Shown piece after piece: positions 1 to 11,654 of a stretch of DNA of 19,086 nt. A program made the position numbers and the translations under genes. The notes beneath the pieces were generated by a model that was given only the letters and a program-made list of their open reading frames with translations, had not been told where the DNA came from and did no database searches. The stretch covers positions 1 to 19,086 of the forward strand of contig JAYGFR010000022.1 of assembly GCA_046581755.1 (NCBI GenBank), given 5' to 3'. This stretch comes from Nitrospinota bacterium (GTDB lineage: Bacteria; UBA8248). The number at the start of each line of letters is the position of its first letter. The first letter of the stretch is position 1.

Positions 1-2
1 TG

Positions 3-386
3 CTCGTCCTGCTGATCATATTCATGGTTACGGCCCCGATGCTCGAGCAGCACCGGAGCCAGGTCAACGTGGACCTGCCCGTCGCCGCCGCCGCTCCCTC
101 GACGACCGCCGAGGATGCCGTTGTCATCACGGTGGACATCAACCAAGACCTTTTTGTCAACGACCGCCCGGTCCTGCTGTCGGAGCTCGGCGTGAAGCTG
201 GCAACTTTGTTCAAAAGCCGGGCGCGGAAAGAGATTTTCCTGCGCGCCGATCGGGCGGTTCCCTACGGGATTGTGGTGAAGACGATGGCCGTCGTCCGGA
301 AGGCCGGAATCACCCGCCTGAACATGGTGACGGACGCTCTTGAGCGCCGGGGCGGGAAATCCCGCCGCCGCCGGCGCGGCCGCTGA
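3..386 (+). CDS. tolR: TolR/ExbD-family protein, 5'-truncated by the window edge
   Basis: The frame is open from position 3 and reads LVLLIIFMVTAP (TolR/ExbD TM motif), then VDLP and LRADRAVPYGIVVKTM. It lies directly upstream of tolA-tolB-pal. The ATG at 24 is internal to the TM segment. Confidence 0.93.
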   Translation, partial: LVLLIIFMVTAPMLEQHRSQVNVDLPVAAAAPSTTAEDAVVITVDINQDLFVNDRPVLLSELGVKLATLFKSRARKEIFLRADRAVPYGIVVKTMAVVRKAGITRLNMVTDALERRGGKSRRRRRGR

Positions 387-401
387 GACAGGATACCTCC
401 C

Positions 402-1502
402 ATGGCAAAGCGTCCACTCGCCCGTTTCCGGGAGGGAGACCCTGGCGGGAGCGCCCAGCTTGGGTTGCGGGGCGGCGCCTCGCATTTCGAGGGCGCGAGC
501 TCCCTGCTCGGCGACCGGAGGTTCCGGTGGGCTTGGTGCATCTCTATCGCTTTGCACGTCGTGTTGTTTGCGGCGGTGGCGTGGTCGCCTTCGTCCGCGA
601 ACTACCGTTTCTACGGGAGCGGGACGGCGGTCAGTCTGGTCGGGGCGGATCAGATTCCCGGCGGCTCGGCGCGCGGAAAATCGGGCGACCGGATCGAAGA
701 TTTCCAATTGCCGCCCATATCCGGCGGCCCAAAAGCGAGAAAGATAGAGGCCGAACCGGATCGGAAAAAACCGAAAAAGAAAATTCGGACCGATAAAAAA
801 CGGAAGAAAAAAAAGGCTATCCGTAAAAAGAAAAGAAAAAAGAAGAGAAGGTCGGTCCGCAGAAAAAAGAAAAAACGGGTCCGGAAGCTTTCCTTAAAAA
901 AGAAAAAACGGAAAAAGAAGCTCACCAAAAGGCAGTTGGCAAGGCGCAGGAAACTCAAAAGACGTAGGGACCGCTTGAAGCGGTGGCGAAGGCGCCAAAA
1001 AAGAAAATCGAAGAACGGGTCTCCGCTCGCTGCCAGAAGAACCCGGCCGGCTCCCGATCGGGCGCCTTTGGACAGCGGGGAATTACTGGCGAGAAATGCG
1101 GTTGGCGAACGCCCAAAACCCAGGGCGGACTATCCCGGCGAGGGGGGCGGCGACGGCCAGGGAGGCGGCAGCCTTGGCGGGGGCAGCGGCGGCGTCGCTC
1201 GCAGGGATATCGAGCGATACTATGGCCTTCTCGCGGACCGCGTGAGAAGAAACTGGTCGATTCCAAGGAGCCTGGCCGACATAAAGAGCCTCAAGACCGA
1301 GGTCATCTTCGATGTGTCCCGGTTGGGCAAGATACGCGGGCTGCGAATCGAGAAATCCAGCGGCAACCGGATTTACGACGACGCGGTGCTCCGCGCGGTG
1401 GCGCGGTCCGCGAATCCGTCCCTGCCGCCTCCGCCCAATACGGTGAAAGAAAAATGGCTCCCTTTGGGTTTCCGTTTTTGCGGGCAGACCTTTTGCCGGT
1501 AA
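402..1502 (+). CDS. tolA: TolA (TonB-family energy transducer) with a polybasic central linker
   Basis: Single TM with SxxLH motif (SIALHVVLF) and a C-terminal TonB_C/TolA-III-like domain (YYGLLADRVRRNW...KSSGNRIYDDAVLRAV...LPPPP). Position between tolR and tolB. Confidence 0.88.
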   Translation: MAKRPLARFREGDPGGSAQLGLRGGASHFEGASSLLGDRRFRWAWCISIALHVVLFAAVAWSPSSANYRFYGSGTAVSLVGADQIPGGSARGKSGDRIEDFQLPPISGGPKARKIEAEPDRKKPKKKIRTDKKRKKKKAIRKKKRKKKRRSVRRKKKKRVRKLSLKKKKRKKKLTKRQLARRRKLKRRRDRLKRWRRRQKRKSKNGSPLAARRTRPAPDRAPLDSGELLARNAVGERPKPRADYPGEGGGDGQGGGSLGGGSGGVARRDIERYYGLLADRVRRNWSIPRSLADIKSLKTEVIFDVSRLGKIRGLRIEKSSGNRIYDDAVLRAVARSANPSLPPPPNTVKEKWLPLGFRFCGQTFCR

Positions 1503-1515
1503 CAGGAAATTTTGT

Positions 1516-2883
1516 ATGACCAAATATTGTTCTGGCGGCGGATCCTCCTGCCGCCTCGGAAGGGTTTTGATGGCCGGGCTCCTTGCCGCCGGGGTTTCGG
1601 CGCCGGGCGTCCCGGGCGGGTCCGCCGAAGGAGCCGCCAACGAGCGGGTTTTCATCGACATTTACTCCCCCAACGTGAGAAAAATCCGGCTCGCCATCCC
1701 CGAGTTGCGCCCATTGGCGGGCGGCCGCAAGCCGCTTGGCCTTCGGATTGCCAAGGTCATCGAATCTGATCTCCGGCGGAGCGGGCTGTTTTTCGTCAGG
1801 GATCGGAAAGGATTTCTGGAAAATCCACTCACGGCCGGAATCCGCAAAAAAGATCAGAACTTTCGGGAATGGCTGAATGTCATCAAGGCCGAGGGGCTGG
1901 TGAAGGGCGGCTACCGGATTTTTGGCGACTCGATCGAAGTCGAAATGTATCTCTACGACACCGCGCGCGGGGTGCAGGAGCTCGGGAAAAGATACCGCTA
2001 TCCCGCTTCCAACTGGCGGCTGCTCGCCCATCGGTTCGCCAATGCGGCGCTCGAGCGGTTTACCGGAGAAAAGGGGGTTTTCGATACCCAGCTCGCTTTT
2101 GTGTCGCGCCGATCGAACAAGCATCGGGGCGAGATCTATATCATGGACTGGGATGGCGCCTCCCTCCGCCGCGTAACCCGGAACGGGCAGGGAAACAACG
2201 CCCCCGCCTGGTCGCCCAACGGCAAATGGCTGGCCTACTCTTCGTTTAAATCCAGAACGCCGGGCGTGTTTATCCTCCCCACGAACGGGGGAAGGGAGTT
2301 TCGGGTCAGCTCCAGGCGCTTCCAGGCCATCGGGGGGAGTTTTTCACCGGACAGCCGGTATTTCGCCTTTGCCCAGCTGACGGGCAGGAATTACGAAATC
2401 TACCTGTACGATATGTTCAGCCGGGTGAAAAAACGCCTCACCCGGAATTTCGGCGTTGATGTTTCGCCGGCCTTTTCTCCGGACGGGAAAAAAATCGTAT
2501 TTTCATCCGGGCGCTCCGGCACCCCCCAGATATATGTGATGAATACGAATGGCGCCGGCGTTAGGCGCATTACACGCCGGGGGACCTATAATACCGAGCC
2601 GGAATGGAGCCCCCGGGGGGATCGGATCGCATTTACGGGCCGGGTGACGGATGGGTCCTCCATCGATATCGTCACCGTGAACCCCGACGGGAGCGATTTG
2701 CGCCGCCTGACGGGGGGGCAGCGCCGGAATGAATCTCCCACATGGTCCCCGGATGGGAGAAATATTGCATTTTCCTCGGATCGCTCCGGGCGCAAATATG
2801 TTTACGTGATGACCTTGGCGGGTACCCAGTTGATGCGCCTGAAGCCCGGACAGGGGCCTTCCTGGTCCCCCGCCCTGCCGTAA
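1516..2883 (+). CDS. tolB: Tol-Pal beta-propeller protein TolB
   Basis: N-terminal IESDLRRSGLF, AHRFAN...FTGEKGVFDTQLAFVS, and repeated PD40 motifs (PAWSPNG, PAFSPDG, PEWSPRG, PTWSPDG). AGGA precedes the ATG at 1516; 1570 is an alternative start. Confidence 0.96.
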   Translation: MTKYCSGGGSSCRLGRVLMAGLLAAGVSAPGVPGGSAEGAANERVFIDIYSPNVRKIRLAIPELRPLAGGRKPLGLRIAKVIESDLRRSGLFFVRDRKGFLENPLTAGIRKKDQNFREWLNVIKAEGLVKGGYRIFGDSIEVEMYLYDTARGVQELGKRYRYPASNWRLLAHRFANAALERFTGEKGVFDTQLAFVSRRSNKHRGEIYIMDWDGASLRRVTRNGQGNNAPAWSPNGKWLAYSSFKSRTPGVFILPTNGGREFRVSSRRFQAIGGSFSPDSRYFAFAQLTGRNYEIYLYDMFSRVKKRLTRNFGVDVSPAFSPDGKKIVFSSGRSGTPQIYVMNTNGAGVRRITRRGTYNTEPEWSPRGDRIAFTGRVTDGSSIDIVTVNPDGSDLRRLTGGQRRNESPTWSPDGRNIAFSSDRSGRKYVYVMTLAGTQLMRLKPGQGPSWSPALP

Positions 2884-2910
2884 AGTGGCCCGAATTTTTT
2901 GTGATAAGGC

Positions 2911-2939
2911 TTGCCCCTTACCCATCAAGGCCTTATACT
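2911..2939 (+). promoter_or_regulatory. Putative sigma70 promoter for pal
   Basis: TTGCCC (2911-2916), 17-nt spacer, TATACT (2934-2939) in the 199-bp tolB-pal gap. Confidence 0.55.
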
Positions 2940-3082
2940 AAGCAGTCGTGTATCAAGAGCTGTGGGAGCGTTATCCCGCCCTGGGGATAGGGCGTGTTTT
3001 GCCAAAAAGGCAAATTGGCTTTATTTTCATGTTTCCCTCTCCGACCGTATTTTTTCCAGAGGGCTGCGAGGAGGACTTTTAA

Positions 3083-3673
3083 ATGTTCGCGACGGGATAT
3101 GCCAAGCATTTCAAATTCGCTGTTGTAGGTGGAGTCTTGTTGCTTGCGGCCGGATGTGCAGAGCAGACGGTAAAATCCGGCGAGGCGGTAAATACGTATA
3201 TGCCGAATTTGAAAAAGTCATCGTCAAAGTCGGCACCTCGCAAAGCCATGAGCGAAGGGAGCATGACGGAGTCGGATCGCAGGCGCAAAAGAGCTTCTTT
3301 TAAAAGAACGCTGAGTGAATTTGAAAGCGATCTCGTATATTTCGATTTTGATTTGTCGGAAATCAGGCCGGACATGCGCTCCGGGCTGGACCGCAAGGCG
3401 CAGTTCCTGCTCGAATTCCCGACCCTTCGCACCCAGATCGAAGGGCATTGCGACGAACGGGGCACGGCGGAATACAACGTGGCCCTGGGTCACCGGCGCG
3501 CCCAGACAACCAAGGATTATCTGGTATCGCTGGGCGTCTCCGCATCGCGAATCGATACTGTGAGTTATGGCGAAGAGCGTCCGGCCGATGCGAGAAGTCA
3601 CGAACTGGCGTGGGTCAAAAACCGCCGGGCGAAGTTCAACGTCATTGGCGGTGTTCCCGCGGGAATGAATTAA
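3083..3673 (+). CDS. pal: Peptidoglycan-associated lipoprotein Pal
   Basis: GAGGAGG RBS, lipobox LAAG-C, and OmpA-like motifs VYFDFD and IEGHCDERGTAEYNVALGHRRA...VSYGEERP...NRRA. Confidence 0.97.
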   Translation: MFATGYAKHFKFAVVGGVLLLAAGCAEQTVKSGEAVNTYMPNLKKSSSKSAPRKAMSEGSMTESDRRRKRASFKRTLSEFESDLVYFDFDLSEIRPDMRSGLDRKAQFLLEFPTLRTQIEGHCDERGTAEYNVALGHRRAQTTKDYLVSLGVSASRIDTVSYGEERPADARSHELAWVKNRRAKFNVIGGVPAGMN

Positions 3674-3700
3674 GGATCTTATTTGTCGCGACCCAAAGGA

Positions 3701-3733
3701 TTCTCCGGCGGTGATCCGCCGGGGAGTTTTTTT
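3701..3733 (+). terminator. Intrinsic terminator/attenuator after pal
   Basis: 11-bp stem TTCTCCGGCGG / CCGCCGGGGAG (2 G-U pairs) with a TGAT loop, followed by T7 (3727-3733). Confidence 0.7.
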
Positions 3734-3736
3734 CTT

Positions 3737-6915
<3,179 letters not shown>

Positions 6916-6924
6916 TATCGGGCA

Positions 6925-6990
6925 ATGGACGACCCGATACCCCCATCCAGTCACCCAACGGCATTTCCTGCGAGCGGGCCACCCGTATGA
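6925..6990 (+). CDS. Candidate 21-aa Pro-rich leader peptide MDDPIPPSSHPTAFPASGPPV
   Basis: The ATG lies ~10 nt after the -10 box, so it would be near-leaderless. Its TGA overlaps the galU ATG (ATGA). galU has no clear SD. Confidence 0.25.
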   Translation: MDDPIPPSSHPTAFPASGPPV

Positions 6991-7862
6991 GTAAAATCCG
7001 CAAGGCCGTATTTCCCGCTGCGGGGCTGGGAACCCGGTTTTTGCCCGCGACCAAAGCTGTTCCCAAGGAAATGCTTCCCATCGTGGATATTCCTCAAATC
7101 CAGATAGGCGTCCAGGAGGCTTTGGACGCGGGAATCGATGAGATCATTTTCATCACCGGGCGCGGAAAAGTCTCGGTAGTGGATCATTTTGACGTATCCT
7201 ATGAGCTTGAGGAGCATCTATCGAAGCGCGGGAACAAGGAGTTGCTTTCTGTGGTGAGGGAGGTGGCCGATAAGGCGCGTGTCGTGTCCATCCGCCAGAA
7301 AAACCCCCGCGGCCTGGGCCATGCGGTTCTTTGCGCCAAGGACGTGGTGGGAGATGAGCCGTTTGCGGTCATTTTGAGCGACGACATCATCCGGGGCGAG
7401 AAGCCGGCGATCGGACAGATGGCCGAAATCCATGAAGCCCATGGAGGGGCCATCGTTTCCGTAATGGAGGTTCCGCGGAAGGAAATTTCCAAGTACGGGG
7501 CCGCCGTTCCCTCGGATGAGGCTCCGCCGGGTCCGCGCCTGACGCCCTTGAAGGGAATGGTGGAGAAGCCGCCAGCGGATGAGGCGCCCTCGAATCTGGC
7601 GGTCATCGGGCGCTATATTCTTCCGCCCGAAATTTTTGGATGCCTCGAAAACGTTGTCCCCGATGCCAATGGGGAAATTCAACTCACCGACGGGATTCGT
7701 CTCCTGATGGACCAAATGCCGGTCTATGCCTACGAATTCGAGGGCAAGCGGTTTGATGCGGGAGACAAGCTCGGGTTTTTGCAGGCGACGGTGGAATATG
7801 CGCTGGATCGAAGCGACATCGGTCCGGCGTTCAGGGATTATTTGAGGAGCTTGGATTTGTAA
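6987..7862 (+). CDS. galU: UTP--glucose-1-phosphate uridylyltransferase
   Basis: KAVFPAAGLGTRFLPATKAVPKEMLP, RQKNPRGLGHAV, MVEKP, SNLAVIGRY, GEIQLTD and RFDAGDKLG. Confidence 0.98.
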   Translation: MSKIRKAVFPAAGLGTRFLPATKAVPKEMLPIVDIPQIQIGVQEALDAGIDEIIFITGRGKVSVVDHFDVSYELEEHLSKRGNKELLSVVREVADKARVVSIRQKNPRGLGHAVLCAKDVVGDEPFAVILSDDIIRGEKPAIGQMAEIHEAHGGAIVSVMEVPRKEISKYGAAVPSDEAPPGPRLTPLKGMVEKPPADEAPSNLAVIGRYILPPEIFGCLENVVPDANGEIQLTDGIRLLMDQMPVYAYEFEGKRFDAGDKLGFLQATVEYALDRSDIGPAFRDYLRSLDL

Positions 7863-7978
7863 TGTCCCCTTCGGGCCCTCCGGATGAGCCCCAACCTCCG
7901 GACTCGCGTCATCGGCGAATTCCTGCCCCCAAGTGGGAGCGGGCGGGTATGCACATCCGCCTGCGTTTCGGGGGCTAA
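7862..7978 (+). CDS. Candidate 38-aa Pro-rich leader peptide MSPSGPPDEPQPPDSRHRRIPAPKWERAGMHIRLRFGG
   Basis: The ATG overlaps the galU stop (TAATG), with GAGGAG 12 nt upstream. The ORF fills the whole gap and stops 3 nt before the in-frame GTG of the CNNM gene. Confidence 0.3.
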   Translation: MSPSGPPDEPQPPDSRHRRIPAPKWERAGMHIRLRFGG

Positions 7979-7981
7979 GCC

Positions 7982-9256
7982 GTGGAAGCGGGAATCATTC
8001 TCCGGCTCGCCGCTTTTGTCCTGCTGATGTGCCTTTCTGCCTGCTTTTCGGCGAGCGAGACGGCGTTTTTCTCCCTGAGCCGCGTTCGCGTACGAACCCT
8101 TCGTAAAGAGAGCAAGCTTGGCGAGCGGATCGGGTTGCTCCTTGAGCGGCCCCGACGGCTGATCATCTCCATCCTCATGGGAAACGAGATCGTCAATATC
8201 ATCGCCTCGGCGCTCTTTACCGGGAGCGTGGTGCTCCTGCTGGGCGAGGGGCAGACCTGGCTCGCGCCGATCCTGATGATTCCGCTTCTGATGGTGTTCG
8301 GAGAAATTACCCCGAAGTCCGTGGCGGCCCGTTATCCCGAATCGTTTGCCCGGATTCTCGCGGTTCCGTTGGCCCTGTTCACGAGGCTGATTCATCCGCT
8401 CCGCTGGGTGTTTCTCATTATCTCCAACGCGGTGCTTTCCCTGCTCGGCGCGGGGACCCGGGATCAGAGCAACATCCTGATGGAGGACGAATTTCTCACC
8501 CTGGTCGAAGCGGGCCTGGAGGAGGGCGAACTCGACGCCACGGAGCGGACCTATATCCGGAATATTTTCGAGTTTCACGACCGTACGGTGGGCGAGATTA
8601 CGATTCCACGGACGGACATGGAATGCTGGGAGGCCGGAATCCCTCTGAGCGATGTCGCGGGGCTCGTGAGGGAGGCGGCCTATTCGCGCGTGCCCGTTTA
8701 CGAGGGCGACCGCGATCATATCGTGGGCATTTTGTATCTGAAGGATTTTCTCGAAGTCTTTCACCAGACGTCTTTCGAGGCGGACCGGGTGTTGACCCGG
8801 GAGATGCTCCGCAAGCCGCTGATCGTGCCCGAGGGAACGAAGCTCGACGCGCTTTTCCGGCTTCTCCGGCAGGAGAGAACGCACCTGGCCATCGTGGCCG
8901 ACGAGTTCGGCGGGGTGACCGGATTGGTGACCATGGCGGATTTGCTCGATGAAATTTTCGGGGAGATCCGCGATGAGTTCGATGAGGAGGAAGAAGCCGA
9001 AATCGAAAAGCAGGATGACGGCTCGTTCCTGTGCCAGGCGCGGCTTCTGCTGCCCGAATTCAGGGAGCAAACGGGCTGGCGCCTTTCGGATTATCCGGAT
9101 GTCCATACGGTGGGCGGCCTGGTGTTTACCCTGGTGGGCCGCGTGCCGGAGGCGGGCGATCGGGTTTCTCACGGCGGGGTCGAGTTCATCGTCCTCGAGG
9201 CGGATCAAACGCGCGTGGTCCGGGTGCGCGCAGAGAAGATTGAGAAGGGCGAATGA
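7982..9256 (+). CDS. CNNM/CorB (hemolysin-family; DUF21 + CBS pair + CorC_HlyC) Mg2+/Co2+ transport protein, copy 1
   Basis: FSASETAFFSL, MGNEIVN, FGEITPK, YSRVPVY, IVADEFGGVTGLVTMADLLDEIFGEIRDE and TVGGLV...GRVP. GTG start. Confidence 0.93.
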   Translation: MEAGIILRLAAFVLLMCLSACFSASETAFFSLSRVRVRTLRKESKLGERIGLLLERPRRLIISILMGNEIVNIIASALFTGSVVLLLGEGQTWLAPILMIPLLMVFGEITPKSVAARYPESFARILAVPLALFTRLIHPLRWVFLIISNAVLSLLGAGTRDQSNILMEDEFLTLVEAGLEEGELDATERTYIRNIFEFHDRTVGEITIPRTDMECWEAGIPLSDVAGLVREAAYSRVPVYEGDRDHIVGILYLKDFLEVFHQTSFEADRVLTREMLRKPLIVPEGTKLDALFRLLRQERTHLAIVADEFGGVTGLVTMADLLDEIFGEIRDEFDEEEEAEIEKQDDGSFLCQARLLLPEFREQTGWRLSDYPDVHTVGGLVFTLVGRVPEAGDRVSHGGVEFIVLEADQTRVVRVRAEKIEKGE

Positions 9257-10536
9257 TGTCCACCACCCTCTTGATTTTTATCGGAATCTTGCTTCTTTTG
9301 GGCGAGGCGGTGTTTTCGGGCTCGGAGATCGCCATCATCTCGGCGAACCGGGCCCGGCTCCGCTCCCTGGCGAAGGGGGGCGATAAGGGCGCCGAGACGG
9401 CCCTTCTCCTCCTCGATGCGCCCGAGTGGCTCATGGGCACCATCTTGACCTGCCACAATACGTTTTTCGTGACCAACGTAACGCTCGCCACCTATGTGGC
9501 AATCGATATCGCCGGACCCCGGTACGGAGAGCTATTGTCGGTCCTGGTGGTCATTCCGATCCTGGTGATCTTCGGCGAGGTCGTTCCGAAGAGCTACTGT
9601 CAGGACCGGGCGGACATTCTCGCTCCCCGGCTGGCCCGGCTGGTCTGGCGGGCGAGGAGCGTTGTCTATCCCTTCGTCTGGCTTCTCAACCGCTTGATCC
9701 GGTCGGTCCTGAGCAGAAATGACGGCGGGCACAGCAGTCCGTTCGTCACGCGCCAGGAACTCGAAATCCTGGTGGAAGAGCCCAGCGAGGGTGATTTGCG
9801 GGCGGGCGAGCGAAAAATGATCGGTCGCATCCTATCGTTCGGCGGGCTGGATGTCGCGAACGTCATGGTCCCCCAGGTGGAGGTTTCCGCCGTGGATGAA
9901 GAATTGGGAATCGAGGATGTCATCGAGCGGATCAAGACGGCCGGGCATTCGAGCATTCTCATATACAAAGAGGAGATTCATCACATCGTCGGCGTGGTCA
10001 ACGCCCGGGACATCATCGCCATCGGTGAGGAAGCCCGGGGCCCCCTCAAGCTAAAACCAGAGTTGGTGCGGCCGCCATATTTTGTGCCCGAGTCCAAGCC
10101 GGCCGACGATCTCCTCGAAGAGATGCGGCGGGAAAAAATCAAGCTCGCAGTGGCCGTGGACGAGTACGGCGGCTGCGTGGGCGTCGTGACGATAGAAGAC
10201 CTGGTCGAGGAAATCGTCGGCGAGATCAGCGACGAATACGACGTGGACGAGGGCCGGCTGTATCAACACCTCGCGGACAGCAATATCCTGGTGGACGCCC
10301 GGATGGAGGTCGAAGCGGTCAAGGAAGAGCTCTCGGTCCCGATTCCGGATGGCGACTACGAGACGCTGGGAGGCTACCTGCTCGAGGTGTTCGCACGCAT
10401 CCCGAAACCGGGCGAGCAAATTTCGGTGGACGGCTGGAAATTCACGGTGACCGAAGCGACGGATCGCCAAATCGAGAAAATCAGATGCGGGCGCGAGCCC
10501 GCCCGTCCTCCCGCCGAGGACGATCCCTCCGAATAA
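9253..10536 (+). CDS. CNNM/CorB (hemolysin-family) protein, copy 2
   Basis: [48 protein letters not shown] and [12 protein letters not shown] overlap with copy 1. Confidence 0.93.
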   Translation: MMSTTLLIFIGILLLLGEAVFSGSEIAIISANRARLRSLAKGGDKGAETALLLLDAPEWLMGTILTCHNTFFVTNVTLATYVAIDIAGPRYGELLSVLVVIPILVIFGEVVPKSYCQDRADILAPRLARLVWRARSVVYPFVWLLNRLIRSVLSRNDGGHSSPFVTRQELEILVEEPSEGDLRAGERKMIGRILSFGGLDVANVMVPQVEVSAVDEELGIEDVIERIKTAGHSSILIYKEEIHHIVGVVNARDIIAIGEEARGPLKLKPELVRPPYFVPESKPADDLLEEMRREKIKLAVAVDEYGGCVGVVTIEDLVEEIVGEISDEYDVDEGRLYQHLADSNILVDARMEVEAVKEELSVPIPDGDYETLGGYLLEVFARIPKPGEQISVDGWKFTVTEATDRQIEKIRCGREPARPPAEDDPSE

Positions 10537-10571
10537 ATTATCCGCCGCCGGGCCCTCCGGCAGCCCCGCCG

Positions 10572-11654
10572 TTAGCCCGAGATCGGATCGGGAACGCGAA
10601 TTCCAGTGTCGGCCGAGATGCCGCGAAGCATCTCCCACTGGGCCTCTTCGTAGGGAATGCCGTTCGCCTCGGCCTCGGCCTTTCGCCGGGCTTCCCGCTC
10701 GCCGGGCAGGAGCATATCGGGGGCCCCGTGTTCCCGGATGTCGCAGACGGTGTCGGCGAGGCGCTGGCGGGCTTCTTCTTCGGGATAAAGAAAGTCGATC
10801 CGCCAGGCTTCGAAGGTCTGCGACACGCGGCTTTTGGGCGTCTCGCGCATGGTCTTGATCCGCTTGGTGGAGCCCCCGCCGATCACGTTGTCCAACTCAA
10901 CGAGAATGTTCAGGCCCGATCCCTTGTAGCCGAAGGCTTCCCCTCCCAGGGGCAGCACCGACCCCGCCAGAAGGCTTTCGTAGGAGACAATTCCTTCGAG
11001 AATGTTGCCGTCCTTGTCCTTGAAGTAATCGGGGGGAATGGGAAAGCCTCCCCGCACGGCCCGGATGGCCGGGCTCACCGCCCGCTGGGTCGTGGCGATG
11101 TCGATGACGATGGCCTCATCGCCGCAGGGCATCCCCCAGGCGATGGGGTTGGTCCCCATGCGGATCCGGTTTCCGCCGAAGGGAATCATCCACGCGCCCG
11201 CGGTGCAGGTGGCGCGGGCGGCGAATCCCCGCGTGATCAGGGCTTCGACATAGACGCAGGCCGCGCCGAAATGGTTCGCGTCGTAGACATGAACCCGCCC
11301 CGTTCCGAACTCCTCGGCCAGATCGCCGGCCAGATGGGCGGCCTCCATCGCCGCGGGGTGTCCGAGCCCTCCTTTGGCGTTCATGGAGGCGACGGCCCAG
11401 CCCTCTTTCTGCCGAACCTCGGGCAGGGCGGCCGCGTCGATGGCGTCCAGCGAAATTCGATCGACAAGCTCACGAAGGCCCGTTCCGCCCGCCACCCCGT
11501 GGCTGGAAATCCCCCTCAGATCCGCGGCCACAAGCACCTCGGCCGTCACGCGGGCGCGGTCCGGCGGCGCTCCCAGGGATTCGGTTACTTTGGCTGTAAA
11601 TCCGATCAAATCGCTTGCCGAGATGCGGCCGGGATCACCCATTTTTGGGAACAT
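10572..11654 (-). CDS. Ldh_2-family (malate/L-lactate/sulfolactate/ureidoglycolate dehydrogenase-like) NAD(P)-dependent oxidoreductase
   Basis: ADLRGISSHG, NHFG, PFGG...GTNPIA, DIATT, PLGG...GYKGSGL and LPGE. Start is 11654 or 11642. Confidence 0.9.
   Translation of the reverse strand: MFPKMGDPGRISASDLIGFTAKVTESLGAPPDRARVTAEVLVAADLRGISSHGVAGGTGLRELVDRISLDAIDAAALPEVRQKEGWAVASMNAKGGLGHPAAMEAAHLAGDLAEEFGTGRVHVYDANHFGAACVYVEALITRGFAARATCTAGAWMIPFGGNRIRMGTNPIAWGMPCGDEAIVIDIATTQRAVSPAIRAVRGGFPIPPDYFKDKDGNILEGIVSYESLLAGSVLPLGGEAFGYKGSGLNILVELDNVIGGGSTKRIKTMRETPKSRVSQTFEAWRIDFLYPEEEARQRLADTVCDIREHGAPDMLLPGEREARRKAEAEANGIPYEEAQWEMLRGISADTGIRVPDPISG

Noticed and set aside
650..958. Phe-rich 102-aa minus-strand ORF resembling a membrane protein
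   Set aside because: It is the reverse complement of the poly-Lys codons of tolA.
7838..9208. 456-aa minus-strand ORF
   Set aside because: Antisense shadow of CNNM copy 1 with no motifs. Long shadow ORFs are expected in GC-rich DNA.
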